Shown: in pieces, positions 19,661 through 28,817 of the stretch
Layout of the letters: every line of letters starts with the position of its first letter
Numbering within the stretch: position 1 is the first letter of the stretch
Assembly: GCA_964428725.1 (NCBI GenBank)
Contig: CAYRYW010000003.1
Coordinates: forward strand, 2,465-66,464
From: an uncultured Dehalococcoidales bacterium
GTDB taxonomy: Bacteria; Chloroflexota; Dehalococcoidia; E44-bin15
Direction: 5' to 3'
Length of the DNA: 64,000 nt
Program-made: the position numbers and the translations under genes
The notes under the pieces: generated by a model
Told to the model about the DNA's origin: nothing
Databases searched by the model: none
Seen by the model: only the letters and a program-made list of their open reading frames with translations

Positions 19661-21259
19661 ATGGCTTCGTCGAAGGTTCAACTTTACGATACAACGCTTC
19701 GCGATGGGGCACAGCGCGAGGGCATATCCTTCACCGTGGAGGATAAGCTCCTCATCGCAGGGAAGCTGGACAAGCTGGGCATACATTTCATCGAGGGTGG
19801 CTGGCCGGGGTCCAATCCTAAGGACAGAGAGTTCTTCAAAAGGGCGCGGAAGCTCAAGCTGGCGAAGGCTGTGATCGTCGCTTTCGGCAGCACCAGGCGG
19901 CCTGAGGCGAAGGCGGATAAGGATACCAACCTGCGAGACCTCCTCGATGCTGGTACTGAGGTGGTGGCAGTCGTGGGCAAAAGCTGGGATATGCAGGTGA
20001 CTCAGGTGCTGGAGACCACGCTGGAGGAAAACCTGCGCATGGTGGCTGACTCGGTCGGCTATCTCGTATCCAGCGGTAAACGGGTGTTCTTCGATGCGGA
20101 GCATTTCTTCGACGGCTACAAGTCCAATGCTTCTTATGCGCTGGATGTATTGAAAGCAGCCGCTGATGCCGGCGCCGAATGCGTTATCCTGTGCGATACA
20201 AACGGTGGAGCCATGCCCGGCGAGGTGGCGTCTGCGTGTAAGGCGTCGAGGAAAGCGGTCCGTACGCCGCTGGGCATACATGCCCACAACGACGCCGAGC
20301 TGGCGGTGGCCAACAGCCTTACCGCTGTCGAGGTCGGCATCACGCAGGTCCAGGGAACGATCAACGGCTACGGCGAGCGCTGCGGTAATGCCAACCTGTG
20401 CTCCATCATACCGGCACTCAAGCTCAGGATGGGCATCGATTGCGTGAGCGATAAGCAGCTTGCCAGGCTGACCGAGGCTGCCCATTACGTGAGTGAGATC
20501 GCCAATCTGGCCCTGGATACACATCTGCCTTATGTGGGGGCCAGCGCCTTCGTCCACAAGGGCGGCCAGCACGTGGCAGCGATGATGAAGTGGGATAAGA
20601 GTTATCAGCATATCGATCCTGATGCCGTAGGCAACAGCTGGCGCACTATAGTGTCGGAACTGTCGGGGAAAGCTAATATCATCCATAAAGCTCAGGAGCG
20701 CGGGCTGACATTCGCCCCGGAGGGTGAGGAGGCGCGAGCCATACTGGAGCGGGTCAAGGAGATGGAGAGCCGAGGTTTCCAGTTCGAGGCGGCCGAGGCA
20801 TCATTCGAGCTGCTCATCCGACGTTCGCAGAAGGGTTATCGTGCCCCGTTCGAGCTCGTGGATTTCATGGTGGTTATCGAGAAGCGACGGCGCCAATCTA
20901 CTGTTGAGTCGGAGGAGCTTCTGTCCGAGGTTACAGTGAAGGTGCAGGTCGGGGACGAAGTGATTCATACGGCTGCCGAGGGCAACGGCCCGGTCAACGC
21001 GCTGGATGCCGCCATGCGCAAGGCGCTCATGTTCTTCTACCCGGAAATAGAAGTTGTACGTCTGGTGGACTATAAGGTCCGTGTCATCGAGGGGTTTGGT
21101 GGCACGGATGCCCGCGTGCGTGTGCTCATTGAGTCCAGCGATGGAGAGCAGGAATGGCGCACGGTGGGCAGCTCCACCAACATCATCGAGGCCAGCTGGC
21201 TGGCGCTGGCGGATAGCCTGGAGTACTGGCTGTTGAAGAAGGGCGTTACCCGCGCCTAG
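19661..21259 (+). CDS. cimA: (R)-citramalate synthase (LeuA-family, CimA-type)
   Basis: [43 protein letters not shown] and a C-terminal LeuA_dimer-like domain. The GGWPGSNPKD block is typical of CimA rather than LeuA. Second LeuA paralog in the same operon. Confidence 0.8.
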   Translation: MASSKVQLYDTTLRDGAQREGISFTVEDKLLIAGKLDKLGIHFIEGGWPGSNPKDREFFKRARKLKLAKAVIVAFGSTRRPEAKADKDTNLRDLLDAGTEVVAVVGKSWDMQVTQVLETTLEENLRMVADSVGYLVSSGKRVFFDAEHFFDGYKSNASYALDVLKAAADAGAECVILCDTNGGAMPGEVASACKASRKAVRTPLGIHAHNDAELAVANSLTAVEVGITQVQGTINGYGERCGNANLCSIIPALKLRMGIDCVSDKQLARLTEAAHYVSEIANLALDTHLPYVGASAFVHKGGQHVAAMMKWDKSYQHIDPDAVGNSWRTIVSELSGKANIIHKAQERGLTFAPEGEEARAILERVKEMESRGFQFEAAEASFELLIRRSQKGYRAPFELVDFMVVIEKRRRQSTVESEELLSEVTVKVQVGDEVIHTAAEGNGPVNALDAAMRKALMFFYPEIEVVRLVDYKVRVIEGFGGTDARVRVLIESSDGEQEWRTVGSSTNIIEASWLALADSLEYWLLKKGVTRA

Positions 21260-21730
21260 CTTTTTCCGCTGAAGCGATGCTCTCAACTTCAAGATTGAAG
21301 ACCTGTCGAGTCGATACTCCCTTTGTATAGATATATCTGTCTTCCTGTGCCCGTTGCGTGAGATGGTTAAGCGAGGTGCGATTCGGAAACAGCATATGGA
21401 GATTACACGCTGTAGTTGTCATCGGTTTTCCACCTGGCCGGGTTGTTGATGATGTAGGTGCGGATCCTAGTCATCTCTTCTTCGTTGCGGATTATGTGTT
21501 CGTAGTAGTTGCGTTGCCAGCGAAACGCATCTGATACCTGGTCGTGGATCATCCTGCTAGTCCTCGCTTTGAGGTAGCGAACGATTTTACCCAGGATCAA
21601 CGCATCGTTTTTCATCATGATCCAGTCCGCTGCTACTTGGTCTGGTGATGGGAGCCGATCTGCGTTACTCTTGGATCCAGGGAGGCTAGTCGTAAGGGGT
21701 AGGGGTCTACTCGTAGTGGGGAGTCTACTC

Positions 21731-21758
21731 GTAAGGGTTTGATTAATCAAACCCTTAC
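21731..21758. repeat. Perfect 28-nt palindrome adjacent to the microsatellite
   Basis: gtaagggtttgatt/aatcaaacccttac. It is preceded by three degenerate roughly 18-nt direct repeats (ctagtcgtaagggg, ctactcgtagtgggg, ctactcgtaagggt) from 21686. Confidence 0.9.
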
Positions 21759-21785
21759 TACTACTACTACTACTACTACTACTAC
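21756..21785. repeat. Trinucleotide microsatellite (TAC)10 inside the transposase gene
   Basis: tactactactactactactactactactac on the plus strand. It is read as AGT (Ser) codons on the coding strand. Confidence 0.95.
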
Positions 21786-22109
21786 CCTCGCCCTCACCGC
21801 TACCCATACGTCCACTATCACTCTTATCCCCCGTACCGCCGTCACCGGTGATGGTGATGATGCCGTGGATGTGGTTGGGCATGATGACGAACGCATCCAG
21901 CCCGATGTTGGGGAACTGACGCTGTATAGTATCTAAGGTATCCCTGACAATCTTTCCAGCCGGGGATAACATCATCTCCGAGCCTGTGACTTTACCAAGG
22001 GAGCACTCACGGTTGCGGGTGCACAGAGTGATGAAATACGCGCCCGGCCGGGCATAGTCGTATCCCTTCAGCCGTATCGATCGACGGTGGTGTCGATCCG
22101 GGTCGTACT

Positions 22110-22730
22110 TCACTTTCGTTTGCCTATAGGTATGATATACAGAGGTTTTATATCGTCGGGCAGTCGCAATACCTTGATAACAGAGTCGTCATCGAAAGCT
22201 CCCACCATCACCGTATCCAGTCCCAGCGCCACTGCTTGCAGGGCGATGTTCTCCGCAGCGTGCCCGGTATCCATGTGGACGTACCTGACTCCGCGCTCAC
22301 CGTAGAGATCTGTGGTGCGTTCGTATACGGCGCAGATGACGATATCCAGCGGCACCTGCGCGATGAAGTCCTGGTGGAAGGATGACATGTCGGTTAGCTC
22401 ATGTCGATGGTCTTCTTCCAGGTGCAGGTGCAAGGAATGGCTGGATACATCGTAGCGATAGACACCGGATTTGAGCCCTTCCACACTTCCGGCGAGTACG
22501 AACAGCTCCAGCGGATAGGTTGCGCCTGCGCTGGGTGCCGCCCGGAGACTGTCGCCGTGGGTGATCCCCTGAGCAGCCCACAGGAGCTGTGACAGTTGCT
22601 CCAGCGATATAGGTTCGTCCCTGTAGTCCCTCACCGAGCTTCTCCGCGAGATCGCCTCTTCCACGGATATTTTACCTTTCGTTTCAGGTGCTGGGAGTAT
22701 GATCTCTGTATCACCGACCATTACGGTCAC
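22110..22730 (-). CDS. SagB-type dehydrogenase / nitroreductase-family flavoprotein
   Basis: RRSSVRDY....ISLEQLSQLLWAAQGIT......RAAPSAGATYPLELFV is the SagB/ThcOx signature. 4-nt overlap with the larC stop. Confidence 0.75.
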   Translation of the reverse strand: MTVMVGDTEIILPAPETKGKISVEEAISRRSSVRDYRDEPISLEQLSQLLWAAQGITHGDSLRAAPSAGATYPLELFVLAGSVEGLKSGVYRYDVSSHSLHLHLEEDHRHELTDMSSFHQDFIAQVPLDIVICAVYERTTDLYGERGVRYVHMDTGHAAENIALQAVALGLDTVMVGAFDDDSVIKVLRLPDDIKPLYIIPIGKRK

Positions 22731-23902
22731 CCCTTTGTAAGTTTATCGCCAGCCTCGGCGATTACGATGCGGTAGACCTCCTGTAGAGGCAGTCCACGCT
22801 TCCGGGCGATGCGGCGGCAGTTTTCATATTCTGGAGATATGCCTATTAAACATCCTTCGAGTCGCTTCAACTTAATCGCGACCTGTCCCAGGCTGGAATC
22901 GAACTGCACTATCTCCCTCGCGGCATAGTGGCGACCCACCGTTTGTACCCGCAGGCCCAGCGTAGAAGTCTCCTGTAGTATCGTCTCGACTATAGCCCCC
23001 TGCGATTCGGGGTGGGACAGGACGCTCAGCATGACGGCAGGGCGGTTCTTCTTCATGTGGATGGGGGTGAACCACACGTCCAGAGCGCCGCTCTCGAACA
23101 GGCGTTCCATGGCGTAGCCGCACAACTCCGGGCTCATGTCGTCGATGTTGGTCTCCAGCAGCAGGAGGTCGTTGTGTTCCGGAATCGACTCGCCGATCCA
23201 CAGCGGCAGGACGTTGGGGATGCCCTCCATCTCCCGCGAGCCGATGCCGTAGCCAATGGTATGTAATATCATCGCAGGGCACTCAAAGGATGCCAGCGTG
23301 GTGACGATGGCGGCGCCCGTCGGTGTGACCAGTTCCGCATTGCGGCAGGGCGTTGGACGGATAGGCGCGCCGGCGCTTGCGATGAGCTCCAGCGTCGCCG
23401 GCGCCGGAACGGGGATGGTGCCATGTGCGCATTCGGCAACGCCGCTCCCCGAAGGCAGGGGCGATGAATACAGGGTCTCGATATCCAGCAGTTCGAGTCC
23501 GATGACCGTCCCCACCACATCGACGATAGCATCGACGGCACCCACCTCGTGGAATCGAACCCTGTCGACCGGGACGCGGTGGACCTTTGCCTCCGCCTCG
23601 GCGAGGCGATTGAAGACGGCGGCGCTACGCTCTTTCGCTTTGTGCGATAAGTCGCTTTTATCGATGATGCCGATAATCTCGCTCAGGCTGCGATGCGCGC
23701 GTTGCCTGTCGATAACGATCGTCACCCTGGTACCGCTGATGACACCCCGTTTCGCCGATGTCGCCCTGATCTTGTATCCCTTCAGGTTCAGCTTGCGTAG
23801 CTCCCGCCTCAGCCGTTCGACCGGCAGGCCGCAGCCGACCAGCGCCCCCAGCAGCATGTCGCCGCTGACCCCGGAGACGCAGTCGAGGTACGCTATCTTC
23901 AG
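22727..23902 (-). CDS. larC: Nickel-pincer cofactor biosynthesis protein LarC (nickel insertion/CTP-dependent cyclometallase)
   Basis: The conserved LarC N-terminus (K)IAYLDC.SG.SGDMLLGAL... continues 15 codons upstream of the ORF-track ATG (23857). No ATG/GTG/TTG is available there. The candidate start is CTG 23902-23900, overlapping the larE stop, with GGAGGG just upstream. Confidence 0.8.
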   Translation of the reverse strand: MKIAYLDCVSGVSGDMLLGALVGCGLPVERLRRELRKLNLKGYKIRATSAKRGVISGTRVTIVIDRQRAHRSLSEIIGIIDKSDLSHKAKERSAAVFNRLAEAEAKVHRVPVDRVRFHEVGAVDAIVDVVGTVIGLELLDIETLYSSPLPSGSGVAECAHGTIPVPAPATLELIASAGAPIRPTPCRNAELVTPTGAAIVTTLASFECPAMILHTIGYGIGSREMEGIPNVLPLWIGESIPEHNDLLLLETNIDDMSPELCGYAMERLFESGALDVWFTPIHMKKNRPAVMLSVLSHPESQGAIVETILQETSTLGLRVQTVGRHYAAREIVQFDSSLGQVAIKLKRLEGCLIGISPEYENCRRIARKRGLPLQEVYRIVIAEAGDKLTKG

Positions 23903-24705
23903 GATACCCTCCGAACATCGACCGGCCCGGCTGTATTGCCTGACCGTGTGTCGATGGTGACATGTGTATAGCCGAGTGCGTTGAGCCTCGAGATCGCCGG
24001 CGTTTTTATTCCATTGTCAGCTAACAGCAAGGCGTCTGAAGCGCTGGCCTCGATGCGGGCTGTATCGCCGTGGTGTCGCACCCTGAAGTCCAGCAGCCCC
24101 AGGTCCCGCATGGACTCTTCCGCTTTAGCGACGAGGTCGAGCAGCTCGCGGGTGATCGCTGTCCCATGGGGGATGCGGGTTGCCATGCAGGGGGACGATG
24201 GCTTGTCCCAGTTGGGAAGTCCCAGGTCGCGGGAGAGGTTGCGGATCTCGGCTTTGGTAAGGCCGGCCTCCGCCATCGGGCTGAGTACGCCGTATTCAGC
24301 CAGAGCCCTCATGCCGGGGCGGTGGTCGTATCGGTCATCGCGGTTCGTGCCCTCGATGACGCATGACAGACCGTTATCCCGGGCGATACGCTTCCACGCC
24401 TGGCACAGGTCCCGCTTGCAGTGATAGCAGCGCTGGTGGCCGTTGGCCACAAAATCGGGATTAGCCAGCGGGTCGTATTCTACGATCGTGTGGCTTAGCC
24501 CCAGCTTTCTGGCTGTTTCCTGTGCCCCTTCAACCTCGCTGGCGGGTGTCGCCGGCGACGATATGGTGACCGCCAGCGCCCGGTCGCCGAGCACGCTGTG
24601 AGCAAGGTATGCCAGCAGGGTGCTGTCGACGCCTCCGGAGCAGGCAACCAGGGCTGAGTCCAGCCCCGCGATGCGTGATTTAAGTTGCTCCAGCTTTGTC
24701 TCCAC
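23899..24705 (-). CDS. larE: LarE, ATP-dependent sulfur transferase of the PP-loop family
   Basis: PP-loop ACSGGVDS, a CYHCK motif, and a downstream SSPCMATR Cys. Confidence 0.85.
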   Translation of the reverse strand: METKLEQLKSRIAGLDSALVACSGGVDSTLLAYLAHSVLGDRALAVTISSPATPASEVEGAQETARKLGLSHTIVEYDPLANPDFVANGHQRCYHCKRDLCQAWKRIARDNGLSCVIEGTNRDDRYDHRPGMRALAEYGVLSPMAEAGLTKAEIRNLSRDLGLPNWDKPSSPCMATRIPHGTAITRELLDLVAKAEESMRDLGLLDFRVRHHGDTARIEASASDALLLADNGIKTPAISRLNALGYTHVTIDTRSGNTAGPVDVRRVS

Positions 24706-26062
24706 CTCTGGGTAACGCCATCCTTATCGCTTCCCGTATTGACGTGGCCCCCAGCAGTTCCATGCCGGTGCCGGTGTTAATCGATTTAGATTTGGGCAAC
24801 AGGCAGCGCTTGAAACCCAGGTTCTCCGCCTCGCTGAGCCTCCTGTCGAGTTGCGGCACAGCCCTTAGCTCGCCGGACAGCCCCAGCTCGCCGATGGCGA
24901 CGAGGCCGGGGTCGATGGCAACGTTGCGCAGGCTGGAGGCGATGGCAAGGGCGACGGCGACGTCGGCGGCCGGCTCGTTCACCCTGATGCCGCCGATGAC
25001 GTTGACCAGTATGTCCTGATTTCCCAGTGCCAGCCCCGCCCGCTTGGTGAGGACGGCGGTGATCATCAGCAGGCGGTTGAAGTCGATCCCGTTGGCTATG
25101 CGCCGTGGCGGCCCGAAGGAGGACTGGCTGGCGAGCGCCTGCACTTCAACCAGCAATGGCCTGGTACCCTCCAGCGTGGGCACGACGGCGGAGCCGATGG
25201 CCTCAGCGGAACGCTGGGACAGAAAGACCTGCGAGGGGTTGGCTACCTCTATCAGTCCGCTGTTCTGCATTTCGAACATGCCCACCTCGTTGGTGGAACC
25301 GAAGCGGTTCTTGACCCCGCGCAGCAGACGGTATGAGCTGAACTGCTCGCCCTCAAGGTACAGGACGACATCGACCATGTGCTCCAGGACGCGGGGTCCG
25401 GCTATGGTGCCATCTTTGGTGACGTGGCCGGAGATGAAAACGGGCGTGCCTGACTTTTTAGCCCATTGCGTCAATTGCAGGGTGCATTCGCGTATCTGCC
25501 CTATGCTGCCGGGTGCCCCCTCTGATTCTTCTGAATACACCGTCTGTATGGAATCGACGATAACCAGATGTGGCGGGTCGACTTCCAGCAGTCCCAGGAT
25601 GCTGTTGATATTTGTCTCCGATAGTAGAAAAAGGCCTCCGGCGGTTATGCCCAGGCGCTTCGCCCTCAGCCGGATCTGGGAGGGGGATTCCTCCCCGGAG
25701 ATGTAGAAGGCTCGCCTGTTTTCGCCGGCGAACACGGCGGCAACCTGTAGCAGCAGCGTGGATTTGCCTATGCCGGGGTCGCCGCCTATGAGCACCACTG
25801 AGCCGGGCACGATGCCGCCTCCCAAAACCCGGTTGAACTCGTTTATACCTACGGCAGCGCGCGGGGCATCCTCTTCTATATCCGGGCGAAGCTGTTGCAG
25901 GCTGACGGCAGCGATAGCCTGTTTCCTGCGCGACTCTGTCGCTCTTGCCGTTTCATCGAAGGTGTTCCAGCCGTCGCAATCGGGGCAATGCCCCAGCCAC
26001 TTGATGCTTTCCTTGCCGCACTGGTGGCACACGTACAGCTTTTGCTCTCGTTTTACAGCCAT
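24680..26062 (-). CDS. radA: DNA repair protein RadA/Sms
   Basis: N-terminal zinc finger C.QCG....W.G.C..C..WN, Walker A GGDPGIGKSTL, KNRFG motif and a C-terminal Lon-like domain. Confidence 0.93.
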   Translation of the reverse strand: MAVKREQKLYVCHQCGKESIKWLGHCPDCDGWNTFDETARATESRRKQAIAAVSLQQLRPDIEEDAPRAAVGINEFNRVLGGGIVPGSVVLIGGDPGIGKSTLLLQVAAVFAGENRRAFYISGEESPSQIRLRAKRLGITAGGLFLLSETNINSILGLLEVDPPHLVIVDSIQTVYSEESEGAPGSIGQIRECTLQLTQWAKKSGTPVFISGHVTKDGTIAGPRVLEHMVDVVLYLEGEQFSSYRLLRGVKNRFGSTNEVGMFEMQNSGLIEVANPSQVFLSQRSAEAIGSAVVPTLEGTRPLLVEVQALASQSSFGPPRRIANGIDFNRLLMITAVLTKRAGLALGNQDILVNVIGGIRVNEPAADVAVALAIASSLRNVAIDPGLVAIGELGLSGELRAVPQLDRRLSEAENLGFKRCLLPKSKSINTGTGMELLGATSIREAIRMALPRGGDKAGAT

Positions 26063-26104
26063 GTCGCAGTTTCCTATTATACACCAGCCCTCTGACCTGC
26101 GATA

Positions 26105-26149
26105 GGATTAAAACAAATCAGCCCTGGGGCACCTGGCCCGCGGGCTGAT
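26105..26149 (-). terminator. Intrinsic terminator after clpC
   Basis: Minus-strand RNA AUCAGCCC-(17-nt loop)-GGGCUGAU followed by UUGUUUUAAU. Confidence 0.55.
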
Positions 26150-26171
26150 GTATGACATTGTCAATGCCCAT

Positions 26172-28631
26172 CTACGATGTGGGCTGTTTCACTACATCCA
26201 GCGTATGCAGGATGATCTTATTCTCCTCGCGATCCACCAGCACGGTGTCCCCCGGACCGAACTCCCCGCGCAGCAATCCCTCGGATAACGTGTCCTCCAC
26301 CATGTCCTGTATCACGCGTCGCAGCGGGCGGGCGCCGAACACTGGGTCATAACCCTTCTCGCTGAGAAGCTCCCTGGCGGCATCGGTGACCTCCATCTTT
26401 ATCTGCTTCTCAGCCAGCTCCTTCCACACCTCTCGCAGCATCAGGTCCACTATCAGTTTGATATGGTCCTTGCTCAGGGCGTGGAACACCACAATCCCAT
26501 CGATGCGGTTGAGGAACTCCGGCCGGAAGAAGCGCTTGACCTCCTCCATCACCTTATCCTTCATCCGTTCGTAGACTTGCTCCTGTGTCTTGGACTCGTC
26601 GGTCTTGGTGGCGAAGCCGAGTTGAGAGTCTCGCTTGATCAGCTCCGCGCCGATGTTGCTGGTCATGGCGATGATCGTGTTGCGGAAGTCGACGCGGCGG
26701 CCCTTCGCATCGGTCAGATGGCCGTCATCGAATATCTGCAGCAGGATGTTGAACACATCCGGGTGTGCCTTCTCGATCTCATCCAGCAGTATGACCGAGT
26801 AGCTCTTGCGCCTGACCGCCTCCGTGAGCTGGCCGCCCTCATCGAAGCCGATGTAGCCGGGCGGAGCGCCCACCAGTCGGGCGACGGTGTGCTTCTCCAT
26901 GAACTCGGACATGTCCAGCCGTATCAGGGCGTCCTGGCTGCCGAACATGAATTCCGCCAGCACCCTGACCAGCTCGGTCTTACCGACACCGGTTGGCCCG
27001 AGGAAGATGAAGCTGCCGATGGGTCGGCGCGGGTCCTTGATGCCGGCCCGGGCGCGCCTCACCGCACGGGATATTATCTTGATGGCTTCATCCTGCCCGA
27101 TGATGCGCTGGTGCAGCACCTCTTCCATCTGCAGCAGGCGCGACGTCTCGTCGCTGGCCAGCCGGGTTATGGGTATGCCGGTCCACATGCAGACTACGTG
27201 GGCTATATCCTCTTCGGTTACTACCGGCGTTTCCTGCTCTTCCTTCACATCGCGCTGGATATCTTCCACCTGATCACCAAGCTCGACTTCGCGGGTGCGC
27301 AGCTCGGCGGCACGTTCGTAATCCTGCGAGGCGATGGCCTCCTCTTTGGCCTTGCGGGCTGTATCCAGATCCTGCATGGCGGCCTTGAGGTTGGACGGTG
27401 CCATGAAGTTCCTGATGCGCACCCGCGACGCTGCCTCATCGATAAGGTCTATAGCCTTGTCCGGCATGTGCCTGTCGGGTATATACCTGGCTGCCAGTGA
27501 CGCCGCAGCGTTGACGGCGTCGTCGCTGATGGTGAGCTTGTGGTGTTCCTCATAGCGGCCTCTTATGCCGTGCAGTATATCTATCGTCTCCTCGATGGAC
27601 GGCTCCTCCACCATGACGGGCTGGAACCGGCGCTCGAGCGCAGCGTCCTTCTCCAGGTGCTTGCGGTAGTCGTCAGCGGTGGTGGCCCCGATGCACTGCA
27701 GCTCGCCGCGTGCCAGCGGCGGCTTGAGTATGCTGGACGCGTCCACCGCGCCCTCGGCGGCGCCGGCACCGACGATCGTGTGTATCTCGTCTATGAACAG
27801 CGTGCAGTTGCCGGAGGTCTTTATCTCCTCGATGACCTTCTTCAGCCGTTCCTCGAATTCGCCGCGGTACTTGGTTCCGGCGACCAGCGCGCCGATATCC
27901 AGTGTCAGCAGTCGCCTGTCCTTGAGCGTCTCCGGGACGTCGCCGCCGGATATGCGATGCGCCAGCCCCTCGACGATGGCGGTCTTGCCCACGCCGGGCT
28001 CGCCGATAAGGCACGGGTTGTTCTTGGTGCGCCGGCTCAGAATCTGGGTGACCCTCTCTATCTCCTTGCTGCGGCCGATGACCGGATCCAGCTTGCCGGC
28101 GCGCGCAGCAGCCGTCAGGTCTACGCTGAGCTGGTCCAGCGTTGGCGTGCGTGATGTTGGCCGTACGCTGCTGTGCGCCTGCGACGAGGTCTGGTTGAGT
28201 ATGCGTATGGTTTCAGTGCGCACCTTATCCAGCCCTATGCCCAGGCTTTCCAGAACGCCGGCGGCCATACCTTCGCCCTCGCGGAGCAGGCCCAGCAGGA
28301 GGTGCTCCGTGCCGATATAGTTGTGTCCCAGCCTTCGAGCTTCGTCGACGGCCAGCTCTATCACCCGCTTGGCCCGAGGGGTGAGTCCTATTTCGCCGCT
28401 GACGCTCTTCTCGCCGCGCCCGATGATGTATTCGACGGCGCTGCGAACTTTCTCCAGTTCAACGCCGAGGTTGGCGAGGACCTTGGCGGCAACCCCCTCG
28501 CCCTCGCGTACCAGGCCGAGCAGTATGTGCTCCGTCCCGATGTAGTTGTGATTGAACCGCTGCGCCTCTTCCTGGGACAGCGTGAGCACCCTGCGCGCCC
28601 TTTCGGTAAACTTTTCAAATCGACTCGGCAT
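26172..28631 (-). CDS. clpC: ATP-dependent Clp protease ATP-binding subunit ClpC
   Basis: Two Clp_N repeats ([11 protein letters not shown] twice), AAA+ D1 GEPGVGKT, a UVR-like linker, D2 GPTGVGKTE, and the C-terminal D2-small domain. Confidence 0.93.
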   Translation of the reverse strand: MPSRFEKFTERARRVLTLSQEEAQRFNHNYIGTEHILLGLVREGEGVAAKVLANLGVELEKVRSAVEYIIGRGEKSVSGEIGLTPRAKRVIELAVDEARRLGHNYIGTEHLLLGLLREGEGMAAGVLESLGIGLDKVRTETIRILNQTSSQAHSSVRPTSRTPTLDQLSVDLTAAARAGKLDPVIGRSKEIERVTQILSRRTKNNPCLIGEPGVGKTAIVEGLAHRISGGDVPETLKDRRLLTLDIGALVAGTKYRGEFEERLKKVIEEIKTSGNCTLFIDEIHTIVGAGAAEGAVDASSILKPPLARGELQCIGATTADDYRKHLEKDAALERRFQPVMVEEPSIEETIDILHGIRGRYEEHHKLTISDDAVNAAASLAARYIPDRHMPDKAIDLIDEAASRVRIRNFMAPSNLKAAMQDLDTARKAKEEAIASQDYERAAELRTREVELGDQVEDIQRDVKEEQETPVVTEEDIAHVVCMWTGIPITRLASDETSRLLQMEEVLHQRIIGQDEAIKIISRAVRRARAGIKDPRRPIGSFIFLGPTGVGKTELVRVLAEFMFGSQDALIRLDMSEFMEKHTVARLVGAPPGYIGFDEGGQLTEAVRRKSYSVILLDEIEKAHPDVFNILLQIFDDGHLTDAKGRRVDFRNTIIAMTSNIGAELIKRDSQLGFATKTDESKTQEQVYERMKDKVMEEVKRFFRPEFLNRIDGIVVFHALSKDHIKLIVDLMLREVWKELAEKQIKMEVTDAARELLSEKGYDPVFGARPLRRVIQDMVEDTLSEGLLRGEFGPGDTVLVDREENKIILHTLDVVKQPTS

Positions 28632-28817
28632 CTAACGCTCCACCATAAACTATATTTAAGGTATGCTAGATAATTTTATCATATTTTGGATAAAAACGCA
28701 AAGACATATATTTCGCTTGCTATCGGGCATTGTCCACTGCGCCTCTACCCTAACTCTATATAAGCATATCTCGGCAAATTATTCAAGCATGTCGGCGGAT
28801 ATGTTTTGCATATCGTA

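Larger units (their letters stand above)
21403..22113 (-). mobile_element. IS200-like Y1 (HUH) tyrosine transposase of the REP-associated (RAYT) type, with a roughly 60-aa low-complexity insertion
   Basis: R.SIRLKGYDY...GAYFIT.CT, HUH motif MPNHIHGII, and the catalytic-Tyr block W.RNYYEHIIRNE. Between them lies an atypical Gly/Ser/Thr/Pro-rich stretch including nine consecutive Ser. No inverted repeats or REP clusters seen at the flanks. Confidence 0.75.

Noticed and set aside
28632-28817. CtsR or HrcA (CIRCE) operator upstream of clpC; also the ACGCAAAG string on the plus strand at about 28706
   Set aside because: No GGTCAAA-type tandem heptads or TTAGCACTC-N9-GAGTGCTAA inverted repeat are present. 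The ACGCAAAG string is on the wrong strand and lacks the other GEMM blocks. Only a weak TTGAAT-N18-TATATA promoter candidate is visible.
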